Source: an uncultured Alphaproteobacteria bacterium (lineage in GTDB: Bacteria > Pseudomonadota > Alphaproteobacteria > ATCC43930 > CGMCC-115725). Taken from it: a stretch of DNA of 64,000 bases. The DNA lies in the NCBI GenBank assembly GCA_963787425.1, contig CAWBCV010000022.1, positions 39,370 through 103,369 on the forward strand, written 5' to 3'. The notes below the pieces were generated by a model. That model saw only the letters and a list, made by a program, of their open reading frames with translations, was not told the origin of the DNA and searched no databases. This document shows, piece after piece, positions 45,872 through 55,086 of this stretch. A program made the translations under genes and the position numbers. Each line of letters opens with the position of its first letter. Positions within the stretch are counted from its first letter, which is position 1.

Positions 45872-47050
45872 TCAAAATGTGAACATCGTGCCTTCGGCCT
45901 GAAGGCCGAGCAGAACCTGGCCGACTGTTGCGAAATGCGCGTGGCGGCCTTGATATTGCTGGATCACGGTGTGGACATCGCGGAAGCGACGCTCGAACGG
46001 GTTGTTCTCGAAAATCGCCGTCGCGCCCGCCGCATGATAGGCCGTGTCGACGACGTCCTTTGCCTGATGGATCGCCCAGGTCGAGGCCAGCCGGATTGTC
46101 GTGTTGTGATCGAGGGTCAGCCGCTCCGACCGTACGACGTCTCGCCAGATCTGCTCGAGGGAACCCAACAGGAAAGCGCGCGCCGCTCTGAGCCGCGCTT
46201 CAGATTGGGCGACTTGCGACTGGACGACATTATCGTCGCGCAACGTGCGTTTGGCGCCGCGCGGGATCTTGTCGCGCGCGAGCTCGATAAAAGCGTCCAG
46301 AGTGCTTCGCGCAATGCCGAGCGCGACCCCCGCGAAACCGGCGGAGTACATGTTGCTGCTGCTGAAGGCGTAGAGCAGACCCGGCTGATGAGGCTTCGGC
46401 TCGGCTTCCCGCAAAACAGTATGACTTTCCGGCACGAACAGATCGGCGACGGTGTAGCTGTCGCTTCCCGTGCCGCGCAACCCGATGACGTGCCAGATGT
46501 CGGAAAATTTGGCGTTGGCTTTTGGGAAAAGCAGTGTGCGCATCACCGGGCCACCGTCCGGCCGCAGCCGTGGCGTCCCATCCTCGCCGAGGATCGCCAC
46601 ATGGGCGCCGAGCCAGGTCGCATGATGACTGCCGCTGGCGAAGCTCCAGGTGCCGGTCAGCCGGTAGCCGCCCCCGACTGCGCGGGCCTCGCCCGGCCCC
46701 GGCGGCCCCCAGGCGACGATGCCCCGCCTCCCCCCGAAAATCTCTTGCGCCGCTTCCGGGTCGAGCAGGGCCGCAGTCATTGTGCAGCCGTTCGCCTGGC
46801 CGAGGCACCATGCGGTGCTGGCGTCGTGCTTCGCCACCTCCTCGATGACTTGCACATAGGCCGCCGGCGGCAATTCGGCGCCGCCCAGCGCGCGCGGCAA
46901 CAGCAGGCGGAAGAGGCCGCGCTCGACCAGGGCTTCGACGATCGGCTCGGGAAGCTCGCGGCGCTGTTCGATCTCCTCGGCCGCCGTGTCCAATTCCGGG
47001 CCGAGCTCCCGTGCGCGCTCGATGTACTCGATCCCCGGAAATCCCGTCAT
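45872..47050 (-). CDS. acyl-CoA dehydrogenase-fold flavoprotein, probably a flavin-dependent monooxygenase type
   Basis: 392 aa from the ATG at 47050 (GLFRLLLPRALGGAEL...YRLTGTWSFASGSHHATW...IGLRGTGSDSYTV...RRFRDVHT). The 554-aa track ORF is an extension into the amidase gene. Confidence 0.75.
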   Translation of the reverse strand: MTGFPGIEYIERARELGPELDTAAEEIEQRRELPEPIVEALVERGLFRLLLPRALGGAELPPAAYVQVIEEVAKHDASTAWCLGQANGCTMTAALLDPEAAQEIFGGRRGIVAWGPPGPGEARAVGGGYRLTGTWSFASGSHHATWLGAHVAILGEDGTPRLRPDGGPVMRTLLFPKANAKFSDIWHVIGLRGTGSDSYTVADLFVPESHTVLREAEPKPHQPGLLYAFSSSNMYSAGFAGVALGIARSTLDAFIELARDKIPRGAKRTLRDDNVVQSQVAQSEARLRAARAFLLGSLEQIWRDVVRSERLTLDHNTTIRLASTWAIHQAKDVVDTAYHAAGATAIFENNPFERRFRDVHTVIQQYQGRHAHFATVGQVLLGLQAEGTMFTF

Positions 47051-47058
47051 CGAACCGT

Positions 47059-48453
47059 CTAGGACTCCAGCCGCGGGCGAACCGAGCGCCACTGTGTGGC
47101 CGCCTCGTAAGCGTGCGCGGCGCGCAGCACCGTCGCCTCGTCGAACGGCTTGCCGCACAGCTGGAAGGCGAGCGGCAATCCGGCCACGCTGTAGCCGCAA
47201 CACACCGACATCGCCGGAGTGCCGGTGACGTTGAACGGCATCGTCAGCATCGGACGCTCGAAGGTCGCGAATTTGCCGACGGCGCCGATGGCCGGCGCCT
47301 CGCCCGGGGCGGCGGCGGTGATCGCGATGTCGAGATCGGCCATTGCCGTCGCGAATTCGGCGGCCAGCTCGCGGCGGCGCCGCACCGCCTGGACGTAGTC
47401 GCCGCCGCTGACCAGGGCGGCGAGCGCCATGCGGTCGCGGAACAGCTCGCCGTAATCGCCGAACCGCTCGCGCAACGTCGCCTGATGGATCGCGTAGGCC
47501 TCGCTCAGCATGATTAGCACGCCGCACGCCGCCCAATCAGCGAGCGGCGACAGACGCAATTCGCGCACCGAGCAGCCGAGATCCTCGAAGAGCTTGACGG
47601 CCGCAGCGATGCCCTGCCGCGTCGCCTCGTCGGCCGGATTGTCGTTCTCGTAGAAGTGCCGGATCAGCCCGACGCGGAGTCCTTTGACGTCGCCCGAAAG
47701 CGCGGCGCGATAGTCGGGCACCGGGCGGTCGGCGCTCGCCGGATCGGCGGGGTCGTGTCCGGCCATCGCCTGCAGCATGATAGCGCAATCCTCCGCGGTC
47801 CATGCCATCGGCCCGGCATGGTCGAGCGAGAAGGCGAGCGGCAGGACGCCGGCGCGGCTGATCCGGCCGTAGCTCGGCTTCAACCCGGCGAGACCGCAAA
47901 ACGCGGCGGGGCCGCGGATCGAGCCGCCGGTGTCGCTGCCGGTGCCGCCGAGCACGAGGCCCGCGGCGACGGCCGCCCCGGTGCCGCTGCTCGACCCGCC
48001 GGTGAAACGGCTGGTGTCCCAAGGGTTGCGCGCCGGCGGCCAAGGCAGATCGAAAGAGGGACCGCCGAGCGCGAATTCATGGGTGGCGAGCTTGCCGACC
48101 ACGATCGCGCCGGCATCGGTCAGACGCCGGACCGATGCCGCATCCTGCTGCGGCACATGGTCGATCAGAATTTTCGAATGGCCGGTCGTCGGCACGCCCT
48201 TGGTTTCGTAGATATCCTTGAGGCCGATCGGGATGCCGTGCAGCGGGCCACGGTAATTGCCGCCCATGATCTCGGCCTCGGCGCGCCGAGCCGCAGCGAG
48301 GGCGGGCTCTCGCAGCACCCGGATAAAGCTGTGGAGCTTGTCGTCGAAACGCTCGATGCGCGCGAGTCGACTCTCGGTGAGCTCGACCGGAGACAGCTCG
48401 CGCTTGCCGATCAGCGCAGCGGCCTCGGCGATCGTCAGGAAGCCGGGGACCAT
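47059..48453 (-). CDS. amidase-signature amidohydrolase (AtzE/GatA-like)
   Basis: GIPIGLKDIYETKGVPTTGHS, GGSSSGTGAAVAAGL..GTGSDTGGSIRGPAAFCGLAGLKPSYGRIS. Confidence 0.9.
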   Translation of the reverse strand: MVPGFLTIAEAAALIGKRELSPVELTESRLARIERFDDKLHSFIRVLREPALAAARRAEAEIMGGNYRGPLHGIPIGLKDIYETKGVPTTGHSKILIDHVPQQDAASVRRLTDAGAIVVGKLATHEFALGGPSFDLPWPPARNPWDTSRFTGGSSSGTGAAVAAGLVLGGTGSDTGGSIRGPAAFCGLAGLKPSYGRISRAGVLPLAFSLDHAGPMAWTAEDCAIMLQAMAGHDPADPASADRPVPDYRAALSGDVKGLRVGLIRHFYENDNPADEATRQGIAAAVKLFEDLGCSVRELRLSPLADWAACGVLIMLSEAYAIHQATLRERFGDYGELFRDRMALAALVSGGDYVQAVRRRRELAAEFATAMADLDIAITAAAPGEAPAIGAVGKFATFERPMLTMPFNVTGTPAMSVCCGYSVAGLPLAFQLCGKPFDEATVLRAAHAYEAATQWRSVRPRLES

Positions 48454-48457
48454 GCCG

Positions 48458-48649
48458 TCACCCCCGGGGAGGCGGGAAGATGTGGGCGGGCTCGGCGCTC
48501 ATCGCGCGCCTTCCGCGCACCCGTTCTGCCATTTCCTCGATGAAATGGGCTGCGGCGGCGATTTCCGACTTTTCGCGCTCCGGCACTTCAAGCCCGGCGC
48601 GGGCGAGCGCCGCCTCGACCTCGGCGCGGGTCATGTCTTGCGTTTTCAC
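48458..48649 (-). CDS. small DUF4089/AtzG-like (GatC-like) protein coupled to the amidase
   Basis: 63 codons (TRAEVEAALARAGLEVPEREKSEIAAAAHFIEEMAERVR) ending 4 nt before the amidase ATG. I prefer the GTG at 48649 behind GGGGAGA. Upstream alternative starts exist as far as 48712. Confidence 0.5.
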   Translation of the reverse strand: MKTQDMTRAEVEAALARAGLEVPEREKSEIAAAAHFIEEMAERVRGRRAMSAEPAHIFPPPRG

Positions 48650-48800
48650 GATGCCGTCTCCCCAATGCTCCGGCTGCTTCATTCTGGCGGAATTCACCGC
48701 GCGGCGGAACAAAATATCTGGCAGCAGATGCGCATTGCGCAGCGATCGCGCGGGTGTGAGAGTCGCACTCGGTCAGGATCAACGAATCGGAGGAGACCCC

Positions 48801-49634
48801 ATGGCGGGCGAACGGCAGGTCGCGATCGTGACGGGTGCCGCGAGCGGCATCGGGCGGGCGATGAGTTTGGGCCTTCTCGAAGGCGGCATCGATGTCGCCG
48901 CGGTCGACAGGGAGGCGGCTTGGCTCGACGAGCTGAAGGCGGCTGCGATCGGCAGAAGCTTCAGCGGCGCGTTGCAGACAATCCGGGCCGATTTGACGGA
49001 GCACGCCTCGTTCGACGCGATTGTATCGGCGGTGCTCGGCGAGTTCGGCCGGATCGACATCCTGGTCAACAACGCCGGGATCGGACAGGGTTCGATCCGC
49101 GCCGACCAGCGGCGCAATCCGCTGCGCTTCTGGGAAATCACGCCGGAGCAATGGAGCCGCTTCGTCGCGGTCAATGCGACGGGGCCTTTGATGATGGCGC
49201 GAGCGGTCGTGCCGCACATGCTGCGCGCCAAGCGCGGCCGCATTGTCACGGTCACCACCAGCCTCGGCACGATGCTGCGCGAAGGCTACATCCTCTATGG
49301 CGCCAGCAAGGCGTCGGCCGAGGCGGCGACCGCGATTATGTCGGCCGACCTCGCAGGGACCGGGGTCACCGCCAATGTGCTGGTGCCGGGCGGAATGACC
49401 GATACGCGGATCATCGCGGATGGTGCCGTCGCCGACCGAAGCCGGCTGCTGCGCCCCGAGATCATGGCCCCGCCGCTGCTGTGGCTGGTCTCCGACGCCG
49501 CCTCCCAAGTGACCGGGCGGCGCTTTCTGGCCGTGCACTGGGATACCTCGCTGCCGCCCGCCGAAGCGGCGGAGAAATGCGGCGCGCCGATCGCCTGGAA
49601 GAGCATCGCGACAATGCCTATCGAGCCGGACTGA
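48801..49634 (+). CDS. SDR family oxidoreductase
   Basis: VAIVTGAASGIGRA, NNAGI, YGASKAS. GGAGGA lies upstream of the ATG at 48801. Divergent from the amidase operon. Confidence 0.9.
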   Translation: MAGERQVAIVTGAASGIGRAMSLGLLEGGIDVAAVDREAAWLDELKAAAIGRSFSGALQTIRADLTEHASFDAIVSAVLGEFGRIDILVNNAGIGQGSIRADQRRNPLRFWEITPEQWSRFVAVNATGPLMMARAVVPHMLRAKRGRIVTVTTSLGTMLREGYILYGASKASAEAATAIMSADLAGTGVTANVLVPGGMTDTRIIADGAVADRSRLLRPEIMAPPLLWLVSDAASQVTGRRFLAVHWDTSLPPAEAAEKCGAPIAWKSIATMPIEPD

Positions 49635-49647
49635 GGAGGCATCGGAC

Positions 49648-50514
49648 ATGAACACTGCAGCCAATGCCGACCAGCAAGAATATTGGAACACTGTTGCCGG
49701 CCCACGCTGGGTCGGGCTAGCCGGTTTTGTCGAAAAACGCGTGCAGAAGGTCAACGATCTGCTGCTGGCGCGATCGGCGGTCGCGCCCGGAGAAAAGGTG
49801 CTGGAGGTCGGCTGCGGCACCGGCGCCGCTACGGTACCCTTGGCCGAAGCCGTCGGCGACACCGGCGAGGTCGTCGGGATCGACATCTCCGAGCCGATGC
49901 TGGCCGGCACGCGCGAGCGGATCTCGCAAAGCGGGCTGCGCAACATCACGCTGCTGCGGGCGGACGCGCAGGTTCACGCCTTCGAGCCCGACCGCTTCGA
50001 CCTGATCGCGTCGCGCTTTGGCGTCATGTTCTTTGCCGATCCGGCAGCCGCTTTCCAAAACCTGCTCGGTGCGGCGCGTCCCGGCGGGCGGCTGTGTTTT
50101 GCCTGCTGGGCAACGCTCGATGAAAATCGGCACTGGCTGATCCCCTACGAAGTTGCTCTCCGGCATTTAGGACCACCGGCGCCAAAGCCTCCCCACGCGC
50201 CCGGCCCCATGGCTTTCGCCGACCCGGAATACGTGCGCTCGGTCCTCGAAGGGGCGGGGTACGAAGGCATCGAGATCCGGCGCGAGACGCCCGAAATTAT
50301 CGGCGCGAGCCCCCGGGAGGAGGCCGAGCACGCCTGCATCATGGGTCCCTCGGGCCGGCTGATCGAGGAGAAGAAGCCGCAGGAAAGCGTTCGTGAGCTG
50401 ATCAAGCAGGAAATGACCGATGCCTTCGCAGTCTGGGCGAAGGGCGAAGATATGGTGCTTCCTTCCACCATCTTTCTGGTGACGGCCCGCCGCGCCATTG
50501 CCGCAGTCCCGTAA
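49648..50514 (+). CDS. class I SAM-dependent methyltransferase
   Basis: VLEVGCGTGAAT motif I, DLIASRFGVMFF. Confidence 0.85.
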   Translation: MNTAANADQQEYWNTVAGPRWVGLAGFVEKRVQKVNDLLLARSAVAPGEKVLEVGCGTGAATVPLAEAVGDTGEVVGIDISEPMLAGTRERISQSGLRNITLLRADAQVHAFEPDRFDLIASRFGVMFFADPAAAFQNLLGAARPGGRLCFACWATLDENRHWLIPYEVALRHLGPPAPKPPHAPGPMAFADPEYVRSVLEGAGYEGIEIRRETPEIIGASPREEAEHACIMGPSGRLIEEKKPQESVRELIKQEMTDAFAVWAKGEDMVLPSTIFLVTARRAIAAVP

Positions 50515-50590
50515 ACCTCCGACCCAATCTGGACAGAATGCCGCATGGTGGTAGTAATGGTCCGCGATTGCCTGTCGTCAGGCAATCTCG

Positions 50591-53500
50591 ATGAATGTAG
50601 CCGAATGGCTGCGCGGGCTCGGGCTCGAGCAATACGTACCCGCGTTCCGCGCCAACGACATTGACGAGGAGGTATTACGCCGGCTCACGGGCGAGGATCT
50701 GCGCGAGCTGGGTGTCATCTCGATCGGCCATCGTCGCAGACTGCTCGACGGCATCGCAGCGCTCAGCACGGCCGAAGCGCCGGCGACGCCGCCACCGGTC
50801 CCCATCGCCGCGAGCGAAGCTGAGCGCCGCCAGCTGACGGTGATGTTTTGCGACCTCGTCGGCTCGACGGCGCTGTCGGTACGCTTCGACCCCGAGGATC
50901 TGCGCGAGATCATCGGGGCCTATCACCGCTGCGTCGCCGACACCGTCGGCCGGTTCGCCGGGTTTGTCGCCAAATACATGGGCGACGGGGTGCTGATCTA
51001 TTTCGGCTATCCCGAGGCGCACGAGGACGATGCCGAGCGAGCTGTCCGGGCCGGGCTCGCAGTCATTGACGCGATCAATGGGCTATCGGCGTCGGAACGG
51101 CTGAATGTGCGCCTCGGGGTCGCCAGCGGCCTCGTTGTGGTCGGTGATCTGATCGGCGCGGGCGCGGCGCAGGAGCGCGGGGTGGTCGGCGAAACTCCAA
51201 ACCTCGCTGCCCGGCTGCAGACGCTGGCCCAACCGGGCACGCTCGTGATTGCCGAGAGCACGCGACGGCAAATCGGCGCGCTGTTCGAGATAGAGGACCT
51301 CGGGCCGCAAAGGCTCGCCGGTTTTGCCGATCTGCAGCATGCCTGGCGCGTCGCCGGCGAAAGCGGGATCGTCAGCCGTTTCGAGGCATTACGCTCGGAC
51401 GCGACGCCGCTCGTCGGGCGCGATGAAGAACTCGAACTCCTGCTGCGGCGCTGGCATCAAACGAAAGCCGGCGAGGGGCGGGTGGTACTGATTTCGGGCG
51501 AGCCGGGAATCGGCAAATCGCGCCTGACCGCAGAGCTGTCGCAGCGCATCGGGAGCGATCCGCACACGCGGCTGCGCTATTTCTGCTCGCCCTACCACCA
51601 GGACAGCGCGCTCCACCCGTTCATCGTTCAGCTTGAACGCGCCGCCGGTTTTGCCCGCGACGACACGCGCGAAAAAAAGCTCGGCAAGCTGAAGGAACTG
51701 CTGGCGCCCGCAACGCCTGGAGAAGACGAGATTGCTCTGATGGCCGAGCTGCTGTCGTTGCCGAGTTCCGCCGCCAACCTAAACTTCAGCCCGCAACGCA
51801 AGCGCGAAAGATTGTTCGAAGCGCTGCTGCGTCAGCTCGCAGCCCTGGCCCGCGACCGGCCTGTTTTGATGATATTCGAAGATGCGCATTGGATCGACCC
51901 GACCTCGCGCGAGTTGCTCGACCTGACTTTCGACCGGGTCGCGCAGATGCCGATCCTGCTTCTCGTCACCTTCCGGTCCGAATTTCAACACCCCTGGGGA
52001 GGCCAGCCGCATGCGTCGGTGCTGGCGCTGAACCGGCTCGGAGGAATTGAAGGCGCGGCTCTCGTTGAACGGGTCTCCGGTAATGCTGGTCTCGCCCGCG
52101 AAACGGTCGACGAGATCGTCAAACGCGCAGATGGTGTGCCGCTGTTTGTCGAGGAGCTGACCAAAGCCGTACTCGAAAGCAGGGCGCGCGACGACCGGGT
52201 GGCTGCGGTGCTGGCGGCAGGCCCATCGCCGGCCCTCGCCATTCCCGCGACCTTGCACGCCTCGCTTATCGCACGTCTCGATCGGCTGGGGCCCATCGCC
52301 AAGGAGGTCGCGCAAATTGGCGCCGTGATCAGCCGCGAGTTCTCCTACGAGCTGGTCCAGCCGGTGGCGCAGCGGCCGGCGCCGGAATTGCAAATAGCCC
52401 TCGGCCGCCTGACCGATGCCGGGCTTCTGTTCTGCCGCGGCGAGCCACCGCATTCCTCGTATCTCTTCAAGCATGCGCTGGTGCAGGACGCGGCCTACGG
52501 CACGTTGCTGCGGGCCAGACGGCAGGAATTGCACGCCCGCATCGCCGACGTTCTTGAAGACCAGTTCCCGGAGATTGTCGACAACCAGCCGGAGATCTTA
52601 GCGCGCCATTTCACGCAAGCGGGCCAGGTCGATCCGGGAATCGAGTTCTGGCGCCGCGCCGGTATGCGCAGCATCGCCCAATCCGCCCATTCCGAGGCGG
52701 CCGCTCACCTTGAGAGCGCGCTCGATCTGCTTGGAAAGCGGGCCCCGTGCGAAGAGCGTGACGAGCGCGAGCTCGAACTCACTCTATCGCTCGCCGTGCC
52801 TCTGATTGCCGTCCACGGCTTTGGATCGTTACGTGTGGAGGAGTGCGCACAGAGGGCTAAGGAGCTTTCGGACAAGCTCCGCCACTCGTCCCGCCGGTTC
52901 GCGGCCCAGCGGGTCGCGTGGAATTCATGCTTGATGCGCCAGCCGGTTCCGAAGACCGTCACATTGGCCCGCGAACTCGTCGAATTGGCGGAGGGGGATG
53001 AGGATCCGGCAAAAATTGCCGTGGCACAGCGCGCGTTGGGGTATTCGTTGTTCGTCGCAGGCGAATTTCGAGAGGCCGTCGAACGCCTCGAGAGGGGAAT
53101 AACGCTGGCGGACACTCTTTCGGATCGCGAATTCGCGGTCTATGGCGAACACCCCGGCATGGTCTGCCGAGTTTATGCGGGGCAGGCGAAGATCCTGATG
53201 GGGTTTCCGGAAACCGGGGCGAGGCTCATCGACGCTGCAATAACGCATGCACGTCACGAACAGAATGCACACAGCCTTGCTTGGGCGCTGGCTGTGGCTG
53301 CGCACAGTCTCGTGACGCAGCATGAGGCGCAGGCCACGCTCCGCTTTGCATCGGAGGCGATCGACACCGCGCGAGAGCACCGCTTGCCCCAGTGGCTCGC
53401 TCTCGGCGAGCGATGCAAAGGCTGGGCGATCCACCGGGTCGGCGATTTTTCGGCGGGGCTCGACTTGCAGAAAAAGGGTGTGAACCGCTGGTACGAGACC

Positions 53501-53917
53501 GGAGCGGCGCTCCATAACACGCATTGCGAGATCATTCTCGCGGAGAGCCTCCTGCGGGAGGGCCGGACCGCATCGGCCAGCGCCCACTTGGATCGGGCAC
53601 GGGCCCACCGCGCGGGTTACGGCGAAGATTATGTCGCCGCGGAAATCGACCGGCTGGAAGCCCTGCTGCTGCAATCCGAACAGGCTCCCACCGAGATCGT
53701 CGAAGAGTGTCTGGTCAACTCCTTGATCACAGCCCGCCGACAAGGAGCCCGCCTGCTTGAACTCCGCGCCGCCAGAACATTGGCGCGAATTCTGGCCGAA
53801 AAAGGCAAACGCCGCAGGGCTGGCGATCTGCTCGCCCCCGTTTATGGCTGGTTCACCGAGGGCTTCGACACCGCCGATCTGATGGAGGCGAAGGCGCTGC
53901 TCGATGAGCTGAGCTGA
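50591..53917 (+). CDS. SAM domain / class III adenylate-guanylate cyclase / P-loop STAND ATPase / TPR multidomain protein
   Basis: The N-terminal sterile-alpha-motif-like region is WLRGLGLEQYVPAFRANDIDEEVLRRLTGEDLRELGV. The cyclase region is RRQLTVMFCDLVGST...KYMGDGVLIYFGYP...GETPNLAARL. The P-loop is SGEPGIGKSRL. The C-terminus is a long helical repeat region. Confidence 0.9.
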   Translation: MNVAEWLRGLGLEQYVPAFRANDIDEEVLRRLTGEDLRELGVISIGHRRRLLDGIAALSTAEAPATPPPVPIAASEAERRQLTVMFCDLVGSTALSVRFDPEDLREIIGAYHRCVADTVGRFAGFVAKYMGDGVLIYFGYPEAHEDDAERAVRAGLAVIDAINGLSASERLNVRLGVASGLVVVGDLIGAGAAQERGVVGETPNLAARLQTLAQPGTLVIAESTRRQIGALFEIEDLGPQRLAGFADLQHAWRVAGESGIVSRFEALRSDATPLVGRDEELELLLRRWHQTKAGEGRVVLISGEPGIGKSRLTAELSQRIGSDPHTRLRYFCSPYHQDSALHPFIVQLERAAGFARDDTREKKLGKLKELLAPATPGEDEIALMAELLSLPSSAANLNFSPQRKRERLFEALLRQLAALARDRPVLMIFEDAHWIDPTSRELLDLTFDRVAQMPILLLVTFRSEFQHPWGGQPHASVLALNRLGGIEGAALVERVSGNAGLARETVDEIVKRADGVPLFVEELTKAVLESRARDDRVAAVLAAGPSPALAIPATLHASLIARLDRLGPIAKEVAQIGAVISREFSYELVQPVAQRPAPELQIALGRLTDAGLLFCRGEPPHSSYLFKHALVQDAAYGTLLRARRQELHARIADVLEDQFPEIVDNQPEILARHFTQAGQVDPGIEFWRRAGMRSIAQSAHSEAAAHLESALDLLGKRAPCEERDERELELTLSLAVPLIAVHGFGSLRVEECAQRAKELSDKLRHSSRRFAAQRVAWNSCLMRQPVPKTVTLARELVELAEGDEDPAKIAVAQRALGYSLFVAGEFREAVERLERGITLADTLSDREFAVYGEHPGMVCRVYAGQAKILMGFPETGARLIDAAITHARHEQNAHSLAWALAVAAHSLVTQHEAQATLRFASEAIDTAREHRLPQWLALGERCKGWAIHRVGDFSAGLDLQKKGVNRWYETGAALHNTHCEIILAESLLREGRTASASAHLDRARAHRAGYGEDYVAAEIDRLEALLLQSEQAPTEIVEECLVNSLITARRQGARLLELRAARTLARILAEKGKRRRAGDLLAPVYGWFTEGFDTADLMEAKALLDELS

Positions 53918-53951
53918 TCGCCCCGCCTTCGGCTCCAGAATCGACCTCGCG

Positions 53952-54782
53952 TTAGACCGCGCGGCAGATGATTTCGATCGGTGCGATCAGGCCTTTTTCG
54001 AGATTGCCGACCATGTTGGCAATCTTTTGCGGCGCCGTCGGACCCATCAAGATGTGAAGACCCAACGCCGGCGGTCCGCTTTGCGCCGCTTGCGCGCGCC
54101 TTCGCTGGAAAAAGTCGATGGCGAAATCTCTGCGGCTGCGTTCCCGCTCCACGGTAAACCCGGCTTCCTCCAGGAGGCGCCGATAGGTCGCGGCACTGTC
54201 GACAAAGCTGTTTTCGGTGCTTGCCGCCCAGGGCACCGGGAAGGCGAGCTCGCCATCCGCCTCGCGCATCACATCATAGACCCCGAGGACGCCCTGTGGT
54301 TTGAGCACCCGGCGCGTCTCGGCGAAGAGCGCCGCTTTGTCGGCAATGTTCATGCCGACATGGAGCATGTAGGCGCCGTCGAAAGTCCCGGATGCAAAGG
54401 GGAGCGAAAGCGCGCTTCCCTCGCGATAGGAGACGCGCTCGCCGAGCCCCACCCACCGCGCTAAGCTTGCGGCGACCCTGACATATTCCTCGGTCAGATC
54501 GATCCCGCTGACCCGGCACTCGAGCGCGTGCGCAAAATAGCGTGACGCGCCGCCGAGACCACAACCGATATCGAGAAGATGCGTGTCGCGCGGGGTGCCC
54601 AATTGTTCGGCGAAATCGATCGTCGCTTGACGTCCGCCGATATGGAATTCGTCGACCGGTGCCAGATCGGCCGGTTCGAGGCGGTTGATGTCCTTGCCCG
54701 AGGAGGTCAATGCTCGCAGGATCTCGTCTTCGAGCGAGCCATGCGTGTAATGGCGCGCGACGCTCTGCTCGATGCTCTTCAT
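53952..54782 (-). CDS. class I SAM-dependent methyltransferase
   Basis: LLDIGCGLGGASRYFA motif I, FDGAYMLHVGMNI. Confidence 0.85.
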   Translation of the reverse strand: MKSIEQSVARHYTHGSLEDEILRALTSSGKDINRLEPADLAPVDEFHIGGRQATIDFAEQLGTPRDTHLLDIGCGLGGASRYFAHALECRVSGIDLTEEYVRVAASLARWVGLGERVSYREGSALSLPFASGTFDGAYMLHVGMNIADKAALFAETRRVLKPQGVLGVYDVMREADGELAFPVPWAASTENSFVDSAATYRRLLEEAGFTVERERSRRDFAIDFFQRRRAQAAQSGPPALGLHILMGPTAPQKIANMVGNLEKGLIAPIEIICRAV

Positions 54783-54991
54783 GCTGTCTCTCCCCTTCGG
54801 CTATCAGCCGCCGACCAGCGGGCTTACCACAGCGATCCCTGCAAAACGGCCGAAATCTCTGTCAGCCGACCATAACTCACGACGCCATGTGTCCGGATTT
54901 GCGACGTCGGCAACCATCGAATTGCCGTAATCACATTTTATGTTGCCGACCCCGAATAGCCGGCGACATCATCGAGTGGCGGTTGGCGTCA

Positions 54992-55025
54992 CCTGATCTC
55001 GACCTGATAAAACAGGCGGAACAGG
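54992..55025. repeat. copy of the intergenic repeat cctgttcc-N-cctgttttatc-N-ggtcgagatcagg (reverse orientation)
   Basis: The reverse complement of 54992..55025 matches 62907..62940 with two mismatches. gattacggcaat (reverse complement of 54921..54932) parallels attatggcaat at 63011..63021. Confidence 0.75.
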
Positions 55026-55086
55026 AGTGGGACCGGCGCAGCCGCTCGATCAATCCGAAGGTGATGATGATGTTCCAGGTGACGCG

